Shown here piece after piece: positions 51,226 to 64,000 of a stretch of DNA of 64,000 nucleotides. Source of the DNA: Eledone cirrhosa (taxonomy: Eukaryota). The notes under the pieces are model-generated. The model had not been told where the DNA came from. It searched no databases and was given only the letters and a program-made list of their open reading frames with translations. The stretch is from NCBI GenBank assembly GCA_964016885.1, contig OZ024742.1:124744001-124808000 (forward strand), read 5' to 3'. Position 1 is the first letter of the stretch, and each line of letters starts with the position of its first letter. The translations under genes and the position numbers were made by a program.

Positions 51226-53811
51226 ATATTAAATAAATGGAAACTATATTTATAAAACCTATTTATTTCATTATATATATTTCAGGGATATCATATTAAC
51301 AATATGTTATGCCTTCCTCAGACAAAATACAATATAGACAGTTTTATAGATAAATATATTTGACATGCCGTTCAACATCGACTTGTATTTGAGAAAGTTG
51401 ATTTGGCAGTGAAAAAATTGTAAACAGAAAGAAAGAAAGAGAGAAAGAAGGAAAGAAAGAAAGAAAATGAAGAAAAAGAAGAAAAAGAAGAAATGCATGT
51501 AACAAAATAGAGAGATGGAAAGATAGATAAAGAGAAGAACTTCATGTAAAGAAACAGAGAGATATATATATAGAGAGAGAGGAAATAGATAGAGATAGAT
51601 ATATATAGAGAAAAAGTAGGTAGTTGGAACGTATCAATGATACATTTATTTATTTATTTATTTATTTAGCTCTAGTATTAATGTAAGGGAGATATATGTG
51701 GTTAGGGAAGAAACCAGCCGTTATATAGAGAGAAAAATGAAAAGTAACCAGACATAGGCGAGGCATAATTTAAAAACCCTATGTTTTAATGTAGAAGTAT
51801 TAGTACGTATAAAAACCAGGCGCTATAATGTAAATATCAGTATTCCTGAATGAGACACGTATCCATAATGTGTGAAAAGTAATGATCTTATGTTTAGTTT
51901 TAAAAATTCATATGTTTATATGATAACTACAAACATCGATGTGAATTTACGTGATCAATTCTGCAAACCCCTATTTCACACGGAGAACATTCTCATTGTG
52001 CTATAAAAATTTAAGTATACATATATGTGTATATATATACACATATATATAGAGTCTATATTAATTTTAACAATACTATTCTTGTCTTTACTCTACATGA
52101 TTATCTATCAAGCAGAAATAGAGAACAGATTTCAATATATTAATAAAAAAATATTAATAAAAAAATATCAGAAACAAAAACAAAAAATAAAAAATAATAA
52201 TGATAATAATAATAATAAATAAATAATAATAAAATAGAAAACTAAAAACTAAAAAATAAAAAATATTACAAAAATATTACATATTAAAAATAAAAATATT
52301 AGAAAATATTACAATAATAAAAATAAACCACAAAGATCAACCCTTCAAAATTAATTGACAATATATTGCCAAGTTCATTATAAGCATCAGAGTCGAAAAC
52401 AGATAAAGCTAAAAATTATTTATCAAATCGCGTCTAGCAAAAATCATTTCAAAAAGTTTAGGATGTCCATTTGGTCTACATGTGTTCTTATATTTAATAT
52501 AGAAGTTTATCTAGTGTAACGTTTATTCGAAATATTTGGAGCATCAACTTTTAGGGTAGTTTAATTTTTCATAAAGAATGTTTAAATAAAAATAAAAAGA
52601 AAAAGAAGAATAAAAAGAAGAAATCGAAAGATTTATCGGCTAGTTTCACAAATAATTATAAAACAAACTAAATATACTACATTTTAAATTTAAATTTATA
52701 TTTAAAGGTTGAGTTTAATCTATGTTTGCAGCAACTGAATAAATTTGTCCGTAGATTAAGGGAATTTTTAGATTTTAGTATAAAGAATATCTCCTCTGCG
52801 CAGAGGTCACATGTCTCAGAGGATGAATTAAAAGGAATCCCTCTTGAGACTATATTCCAAGCCGTCGAATATCTAACGTTATCTATCTTAAGTTGCCAGA
52901 GTACGCCTGATAGTGCTGTTGAAGATTTTTTGCTTGGATCTGTGAAAGAATTCTTGTGGTTATTATAGCGAAGTTTAAATTCCGTCGATGTGGAACCGAC
53001 GTAGTTAAAAGAATTAGAGTCAGTTTTAACATTACAATTGTATATTATATTTTTAACTAAGCAGTTGTTATTTAACGGATATTTAGATCTATCTCTACAG
53101 TTACATTTGTTAACTTGTATATTATTTATGCTATTATCACTAGGTTTTAAGTTCCTATTATTTATTCTTATTTATATTTTGTGCTAAATTTTTGGTGGAT
53201 GAGTAGGTTAATTTTATAGTATGTCTATTGAAAATTGAGTGATACCTATGTGTTCTAGGGAAGCGATTATCAAGAGCTTTAAAAAATAGTTTAGCGATGT
53301 GGGTTTTAATGTTTAGTGAGAAAGGGGGGGGGGGGGGCAAACCAAATTATGTTCCTAGTTCTATTTCTTTTTTGGCTTTTGGAATTATTGTAATGCTTTC
53401 TATTATATTTGTTAAGATTGTTGCCGTAATTAAAATAGTTGTTATTTTGTTTAGTTTGTCTATCATTATCTATGTACATAATCTTATCACTATATCCTGC
53501 TCTAGCTAACGGTTCATTGTAGTACTGGGCTTTTTCGTCGAAAATCTTTCTATTAGACGAGATTCTAGAAAATCTTTCTATTAGACGAGATTCTATCTCT
53601 AGAAAATCTTTCTATTAGACGAGATTCTAGAAAATCTTTCTATTAGACGAGATTCTATCTCTAGAAAATCTTTCTATTAGACGAGATTCTAGAAAATCTT
53701 TCTATTAGACGAGATTCTATCTCTAGAATCTCGTCTAATAGAAAGATTTTCGACGAAAAAGCCCAGTACTACAATGAAGCGTTAGCTAGAGCAGGATATA
53801 GTGATAAGATT

Positions 53812-54612
53812 ATGTACATAGATAATGATAGACAAACTAAACAAAATAACAACTATTTTAATTACGGCAACAAACTTAACAAATATAATAGAAAGCATTA
53901 CAATAATTCCAAAAGCCAAAAAAGAAATAGAACTAGGAACATAATTTGGTTTGCCCCCCCCCCCCCCTTCTCACTAAACATTAAAACCCACATCGCTAAA
54001 CTATTTTTTAAAGCTCTTGATAATCGCTTCCCTAGAACACATAGGTATCACTCAATTTTCAATAGACATACTATAAAATTAACCTACTCATCCACCAAAA
54101 ATTTAGCACAAAATATTAATAGAATAAATAATAGGAACTTAAAACCTAGTGATAATAGCATAAATAATATACAAGTTAACAAATGTAACTGTAGAGATAG
54201 ATCTAAATGTCCGTTAAATAACAACTGCTTAGTTAAAAATATAATATACAATTGTAATGTTAAAACTGACTCTAATTCTTTTAACTACGTCGGTTCCACA
54301 TCGACGGAATTTAAACTTCGCTATAATAACCACAAGAATTCTTTCACAGATCCAAGCAAAAAATCTTCAACAGCACTATCAGGCGTACTCTGGCAACTTA
54401 AGATAGATAACGTTAGATATTCGACGGCTTGGAATATAGTCTCAAGAGGGATTCCTTTTAATTCATCCTCTGAGACATGTGACCTCTGCGCAGAGGAGAT
54501 ATTCTTTATACTAAAATCTAAAAATTCCCTTAATCTACGGACAAATTTATTCAGTTGCTGCAAACATAGATTATACTCAACCTTTAAATATAAATTTAAA
54601 TTTAAAATGTAG
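53812..54612 (+). pseudogene. PLE C-terminal fragment with GIY-YIG endonuclease (mirror copy 52677-53480 minus)
   Basis: IIWFAPP, CNCRDRSKCPLNNNCL, IIYNCNV...YVGST...FKLRYNNH, CDLC, CKHR. RT is truncated. Confidence 0.85.
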
Positions 54613-55961
54613 TATATTTAGTTTGTTTTATAATTATTTGGGAAACTAGCCGATAAATCTTTCGATTTCTTCTTTTTATTCTTCTTTTTATTTTTATTTT
54701 TATTTAAACATCCTTCATGAAAATTTAAACTACCCTAAAAGTTGATGCTCCAAATATTTCGAATAAACGTTACACTAGATAAACTTCTATATTAAATATA
54801 AGAACACATGTAGACCAAATGGACATCCTAAACTTTTTGAAATGATTTTTGCTAGACGCGATTTGATAAATAATTTTTAGCTTTATCTGTTTTCGACTCT
54901 GATGCTTATAATGAACTTGGCAATATATTGTCAATTAATTTTGAAGGGTTGATCTTTGTGGTTTATTTTTATTATTGTAATATTTTCTAATATTTTTATT
55001 TTTAATATGTAATATTTTTGTAATATTTTTTATTTTTTAGTTTTTAGTTTTCTATTTTATTATTATTTATTTATTATTATTATTATCATTATTATTTTTT
55101 ATTTTTTGTTTTTGTTTCTGATATTTTTTTATTAATATTTTTTTATTAATATATTGAAATCTGTTCTCTATTTCTGCTTGATAGATAATCATGTAGAGTA
55201 AAGACAAGAATAGTATTGTTAAAATTAATATAGACTCTATATATATGTGTATATATATACACATATATGTATACTTAAATTTTTATAGCACAATGAGAAT
55301 GTTCTCCGTGTGAAATAGGGGTTTGCAGAATTGATCACGTAAATTCACATCGATGTTTGTAGTTATCATATAAACATATGAATTTTTAAAACTAAACATA
55401 AGATCATTACTTTTCACACATTATGGATACGTGTCTCATTCAGGAATACTGATATTTACATTATAGCGCCTGGTTTTTATACGTACTAATACTTCTACAT
55501 TAAAACATAGGGTTTTTAAATTATGCCTCGCCTATGTCTGGTTACTTTTCATTTTTCTCTCTATATAACGGCTGGTTTCTTCCCTAACCACATTTATCTC
55601 CCTTACATTAATACTAGAGCTAAATAAATAAATAAATAAATAAATGTATCATTGATACGTTCCAACTACCTACTTTTTCTCTATATATATCTATCTCTAT
55701 CTATTCCCTCTCTCTCTATATATATATATCTCTCTGTTTCTTTACATGAAGTTCTTCTCTTTATCTATCTTTCCATCTCTCTATTTTGTTACATGCATTT
55801 CTTCTTTTTCTTCTTTTTCTTCATTTTCTTTCTTTCTTTCCTTCTTTCTCTCTTTCTTTCTTTCTGTTTACAATTTTTTCACTGCCAAATCAACTTTCTC
55901 AAATACAAGTCGATGTTGAACGGTATGTCAAATCTATTTATCTATAAAACTGTCTATATTG

Positions 55962-56027
55962 TATTTTGTCTGAGGAAGGCATAACATATTGTTAATATGA
56001 TATCCCTGAAATATATATAATGAAATA
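55962..56027 (+). ncRNA. Type I hammerhead ribozyme motif (mirror at 51264-51329 minus)
   Basis: Stem I TATTTTGT/ATGAAATA; CTGAGGA; stem II AGG..CATATT/AATATG..CCT; GAAATATATATA. Confidence 0.65.
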
Positions 56028-56156
56028 AATATGGTTTTATAAATATAGTTTCCATTTATTTAATATCGTAAATATACTCCAAATACTTGTTGAGTGCTTT
56101 TATATCAGTTATAAATATTTACTAGTTGTAACCCAACAATTTAAATATAACTTTCC

Positions 56157-56157
<1 letters not shown>

Positions 56158-56242
<85 letters not shown>

Positions 56243-56244
56243 AC

Positions 56245-56299
<55 letters not shown>

Positions 56300-56328
56300 G
56301 ATATGTATATATATATATGTACATATAC

Positions 56329-56419
<91 letters not shown>

Positions 56420-56420
56420 C

Positions 56421-56467
<47 letters not shown>

Positions 56468-56503
56468 CATATATATATATACATACACACATATATATAT
56501 ATA

Positions 56504-56568
<65 letters not shown>
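56158..56568. repeat. (TA)n microsatellite (largest of >40 tracts in the window)
   Basis: Direct inspection. Confidence 0.95.
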
Positions 56569-56571
<3 letters not shown>

Positions 56572-56574
56572 TGA

Positions 56575-59096
<2,522 letters not shown>

Positions 59097-59133
59097 GGTG
59101 TTAAAGTTTGCTTGAAGCATTGTGAAATGTGTA

Positions 59134-59585
59134 AAATACGTAGTTTAGAAAGCCACAGCAATGCAGATGGGAAATCTCGAGGTAGGAAGTGAATGATAGA
59201 TAGGAGAAATAGGAGAAACTGAAAATTGAGAGAGACAAAGATGAAAACAAAACAAAGGTAGAAGGGTTACCGTAGTGGAGATTTAATCCCAATATTTCGG
59301 GCTCACGCCCATCAACGGGGGAAAGTTAACGGCATTCCTGTTTTAACGACATCACAGCTTTCTCCGGCTTAGCCTGTTCCCCCCCCCCCTTTTTGGAACT
59401 TTCCCCCGCTGATGGGCGTGAGCCCGAAATATTGGGATTAAATCTCCACTACGGTAACCCTTCTACCTTTGTTTTGTTTTGATCTTTGTCTCTCTCAATT
59501 TTCACTTTCTCCTATTTCTCCTATCTATCATTCACTTCCTACCTCGAGATTTCCCATCTGCATTGTTGTGGCTTTCTAAACTACG

Positions 59586-59592
<7 letters not shown>
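59134..59592. repeat. Foldback repeat with degenerate HHR
   Basis: Arms 59134-59326 and 59397-59592. CCGCTGA-TGGGC-GTGA-GCCC-GAAATATT. Confidence 0.78.
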
Positions 59593-59648
<56 letters not shown>

Positions 59649-59947
59649 TAGATATATATATCATGGCTGCCCCCTAGTTATCGAGTATGGCCATTGCACG
59701 ATATACCATTATTAATAATTATTTATTAATTCTATCCTGCAATGCCTGTGCGTGAAGATATTTTTAAAAGTGAATATAAAAGAAAAACGAACACAGAAAT
59801 ATATATATATATATATGTGTTCTAATCCCAAGGTACCAGATTCGCTAATGTTAAAAGAATACTAACTATAGACAATAGGGTTTGCCTGACTCAATTTAAG
59901 AATAAATTAAGAAAATAAATATAAATCGGAATTGTGGTAACTACCAA

Positions 59948-60028
59948 TCACCCAGACAGCTTTTGGTAATGCTGTTTCGCAATATTAATTGAGAATAGGA
60001 ATGCCAATTCATGTTCATCAGTGGGTGA
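59948..60028 (-). ncRNA. Canonical type I hammerhead ribozyme (mirror copy)
   Basis: Reverse complement of 60487-60567. Confidence 0.78.
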
Positions 60029-60486
60029 AGAATTAGTATCATTGACACTTCTAAGTATATTAAGAAACTGAATATTGTGCTTATATAAATAACACACGTG
60101 GTATCCGAAATTAGCGCGTCTCAAAAACATACACGACTTAAAATAGCAGCCAGATTTATTCGACATTTGAATTAGCACAACAAATTAACACATGTCTGTG
60201 TTTCCTTTTTCTTTTATATTCAATTATAATATACGGCTTGGAAAAATTCTCTTTCTTAGAGCTATTTTATTGTAAGAGACTATTTTGAGTTTCTAACTCA
60301 AAATATACCTTTGGTATATTCGGCTCTGTTAATTTGTTGAGCTAATTCAAATGTCGAATAAATCTGGCTGCTATTTTTAGTGGTGTAAGTGTGAGACGCG
60401 CTAAGTTTGGATGCCACGTGCGTTATTTATATAGGCACAATATTCCGTTTCTTAATATACTTAGAAGTGTCAATGATACTAATTCT

Positions 60487-60567
60487 TCACCCACTGATGA
60501 ACATGAATTGGCATTCCTATTCTCAATTAATATTGCGAAACAGCATTACCAAAAGCTGTCTGGGTGA
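60487..60567 (+). ncRNA. Canonical type I hammerhead ribozyme
   Basis: Stem I TCACCCA/TGGGTGA; CTGATGA; stem II AATTG/CAATT; GAAAC; stem III ACAGC/GCTGT; GTC cleavage. Confidence 0.8.
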
Positions 60568-60812
60568 GTGGAAGTTACCACAATTCCGGTTTGTATTTAT
60601 TTTCTTAATTTATTCTTAAATTGAATCAGGCACACCCTATTGTCTATAGTTAGTATTCTTTTCACTCTTGCGATTTGAACACATATATGTATATGTCTAT
60701 GTTCGTTTTTCTTTTATATTCAATTATAATATACGACTCGGAAAAATTCTCTTTCTTAGACCTATTTTATTGTAAGAGACTATTTGAGTTTCTAACTCAA
60801 TATATACCTTTG

Positions 60813-60862
<50 letters not shown>

Positions 60863-60865
<3 letters not shown>

Positions 60866-61015
60866 AACCAGTAAGACCCCGACAGCTGAGCTCAAGCCGT
60901 TTCGACGAGCTCAGCTGTCGGGGTCTTACTGGTTCCTATTACCCACTCTACTACCTCAAGTATTGAGTACTTTGGTGCGTTATGGTCCACCTGGTTCCCC
61001 ACCACATTTCCTTCG

Positions 61016-61020
<5 letters not shown>
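60863..61020. repeat. Mini-foldback of family F2
   Basis: GGAACCAGTAAGACCCCGACAGCTGAGCTC followed by its inverse and the family tail. Confidence 0.8.
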
Positions 61021-61107
<87 letters not shown>

Positions 61108-61214
61108 AATGAGATATATGGTTTGCTGATTATCATTCAACAAAATTTATTTTATAACAGTTTTGAAGCACTCTACAAAATTTATCTGGAGTATTATTAA
61201 TATTAATTAATATA

Positions 61215-61440
61215 ATACCATATCTATTTTATTATATGAATTTCAAGGACACAACATTTTAGTTTGCGTTCATTAGATAAAATAAAATATTTGGTGTTAA
61301 GATATTAAGTCTATAGTCATACTATTAAATCTACGCTAACGTATGTCAATATCTTAACACCAAATATATTTTATCTGAAGAAAGCAAACTAAAATGTTCG
61401 GTCCTTGAAATACCTATGATAAAATAAATATGGTATTAAT
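61215..61440. repeat. Short foldback with degenerate HHR
   Basis: Inverted arms ~61215-61305 and 61348-61440. TATTTTAT-CTGAAGA...GAAA...ATAAAATA at 61367-61426. Confidence 0.6.
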
Positions 61441-61447
61441 ATTGTTA

Positions 61448-61574
<127 letters not shown>

Positions 61575-61704
61575 GTATGTGCGGCACAGCTTTAAATGAG
61601 GCCGTTTGGTTACAAACGAATTGAACATTCTTACTATTGTTCGATACAACCCATACGTACATATGTGTGGATATGTATGTATATATATATATATATATAT
61701 ATAT

Positions 61705-64000
61705 AGTAAGGTGCATTATTGGTTGTGTAAAATGGTCAAATATTAAGTTCTCCACGCTTTTGTATATCTCCAATTCCATTCAAGGGAACAGCTAGATGAT
61801 GTAAAACCGAGTATAAGTATCAAAATGAAAATCCGAAGGCAAGGTAAAATTCCAATCATTTTTATCGTCTTTTGCAGCGAGAGAAATCCGACAACTTTTA
61901 TGACCTCAACTGAAGTTAATAGCTGTCGCCGTATCTCTGACTGGTGTGTCTTCATATGAGGGGAATGAATTCTGTGAGAGAACATCGTTATTTTTTTCTC
62001 CCTCATATCAAGAATTTGAAGACAATTCCTTTTCACCTGATGAGATCAGTGATAATCGATCATGGCTTCACATTCGATCTATCTCTAGCTGTTCCCTTGC
62101 ATGGAATTGGAGTTATACAAAAGCGTGGAGAACTTAATATTGCTAACATAAATTTATTGGACTATTTTACACAACATAATGCACCTTACTATATAACAAC
62201 GTATAGCTCCTATTTTTGTTGAGCACTTAATGCTGTTAAAAAAGGAATATGATGGAGAAATTCTTGGTGAACTCTTCACTTAAGGACATCTCTTTGCCCA
62301 ACATAAAAGAATTCACAAGGTTGGCCATAGGTAAATCGGATTCCTTTGTCCGTAGAATGCGTTGGAACGCATTCCACTTCGAGGGAGGGAACGCGCGGCA
62401 TCGAGCAAATATTCAAATCCAGAAGAAATCCACCACACAATAAGTACCTGGAACAATTCGAGACTGAAATGTCTAACATAGTGTCCAACCTTAAGTTTAG
62501 GAAAAACCCACTCAGGAGAAAAAGCTACCTAAAACGACTGAATGGTTATCTAGTAAAATTAAATAAATCGACCGGCATTTTGGTGCACGCAGACAAGACT
62601 AACAACCTGTACGATATGGATAGAGTAAATTATGACGATTTGATAACTAGAGAACTTAGGAAAAGCTACAGAAAAACTACACGGGCCAACGTGGATTTAA
62701 TTAACACGGAGGCCAATAGCGTCATGACTAAACTGGGTATTGGGGATAAAACCGAACCCTTCCATACTATAACTCCGAGGATTTTGCTGAAAGACCACAA
62801 ATTGGACTTTGAATCATCTAGACCTGTAAGCCTGATAGCCTCTTCGAAGTAGGACATAGGAATCGTAAGTAAAAACATCCTTGATAAAATAATCCCCACT
62901 CTAGTTAGGAGATCGAAGCTCAAATTGTGGTCAGGAACTAGTGATGTAATTAACTGGTTTGAGAAATCGAAGAATAAGAATAGCACTAAGTTTATACAGT
63001 TCGATATCTCTAATTACTACTCTTCAATCTCTCCAACTCTTGTAGGTAGGGCTCTTAACTTTGCTAGCTTACACACCGACCTTACATCCGAAGAAATTAA
63101 CATTATTCTCCTAGCTAGGAAAACCCTAATTGAATTCAACGGTGACCTGTGGACCAGGAAGGATTGACCAGACAATTTCGACATTACCATGGGATCCACG
63201 GACTCGGCCCAGGTGACGGATCTGGTGGGCGTTTACCTCCTTGACTGTCTCGGAGTGGAAATACCTCACTTGGGAGGCGGCGCTTACCGTGACGACGTTT
63301 TGTTTACTGTGTCGTTCCATAATAATAGTATGGTAGAGAGGGTGAGGAAAAAACTGAGCAAATTCTTCAAGAACATAGACCTAAGTATAGTATTTGAAGA
63401 GAACTTAAAGATAGTTAATTTTCTAGATGTTACACTTAACCTCAATTCAGGACTCTTCCAACCCTACCACAAACCCAACGAGAACTTAACTATGTCAACG
63501 CAAAATCGAACCACCCTAGAATAGTCACTGACGTTATTACCAAAAGCGCCTCTAGTAGAATTTCAGGACTATCTTCCAATGAAGAAACCTTTAATAAGAT
63601 CTCGAATTACTATAATAGCGCCCTGGAACGCGCGGGGCGTAGCGATGGAATCTCATTCAAACATCCATTAAATAGTAGAAGCAACATTGCCTGAGATAGC
63701 TTAGGCCTAGATAGTGACACTCTAGTTAACAGCAGGCGTGATACGAGGGAGGATTTATATAGACTTCATGTTGTATTGCCGCCCAGTCCCAATGCTGTTG
63801 GTACAAATGGAAACAACAACCCAGGTACTAAAACGGGGTCTGAGCAAAACTATTATGGTAACCTTAATTGTAGAACCGATAAAACTACCGTTGAACGCAG
63901 TTTGGAACGAGGGTCGAGTAGGGGGAATAGGGACAGGTGTAGCAGACGCATAGTGGATATAACCCCGGCTATCGAGGGTATTCCCAATGGCCGCACGGGG
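61705..64000 (+). mobile_element. PLE (YRDD-type) 5' portion with inverted 5' repeat; runs off window
   Basis: 61705-61797 is inverted at 62085-62195. RT remnants follow. Confidence 0.82.
62249..63690 (+). pseudogene. PLE reverse transcriptase, disrupted
   Basis: SLKDISLP...RRMRW, ADKTNNLY, LLKDHK, FIQFDISNYYSSI, MGSTDSAQVTDLVG, YRDD, FLDVTL, SNHP. Stops and frameshifts present. Confidence 0.87.

Larger units (their letters stand above)
51227..56066. mobile_element. 4.8-kb near-perfect palindrome: two head-to-head 5'-truncated PLE copies
   Basis: Mirror ORFs (51307/55652, 52025/55067, 52726/54321). Arms differ at few positions. Tandem 28-bp repeats at the centre. Confidence 0.92.
59860..60815. 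repeat. pLTR-like element with inverted and direct repeats carrying two HHRs
   Basis: 59860-60190 is inverted at 60325-60660. 60200-60315 is repeated directly at 60700-60812. Confidence 0.78.

Noticed and set aside
53540-53726. CRISPR-like 28-bp repeats
   Set aside because: No unique spacers, no cas genes, eukaryotic context.

Overview
Gene-poor, AT-rich eukaryotic (animal) genomic DNA. A tRNA-derived SINE and very abundant (TA)n/(CA)n microsatellites suggest a cephalopod such as octopus (inference). No host protein-coding exon could be supported. The first ~13 kb is a cluster at (TAA)n tracts: two copies of an R4/Dong-like RLE non-LTR retrotransposon (one with an intact 1130-aa ORF), a disrupted Tx1/L1-clade LINE, a SINE and a further R4-like relic. 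The rest is dominated by several distinct Penelope-like element (PLE; RT + GIY-YIG) families and their derivatives: solo pLTRs, foldback palindromes from ~100 bp to 4.8 kb, and short tandem non-coding units. Almost all are embedded in (TA)n, and many carry type I hammerhead ribozyme (HHR) motifs. There is also one internally deleted mariner. The most interesting signals are: a near-intact PLE with an upstream ORF joined to RT by an HIV-type T TTT TTA -1 slippery site; a 312-bp HHR tandem repeat resembling a non-LTR retrozyme; a tandem tRNA-like unit with PLE-style terminal inversion; recurring variant HHR cores; and reiterated 28-nt repeats at the turn of a giant palindrome. Element boundaries were read by eye and are approximate.
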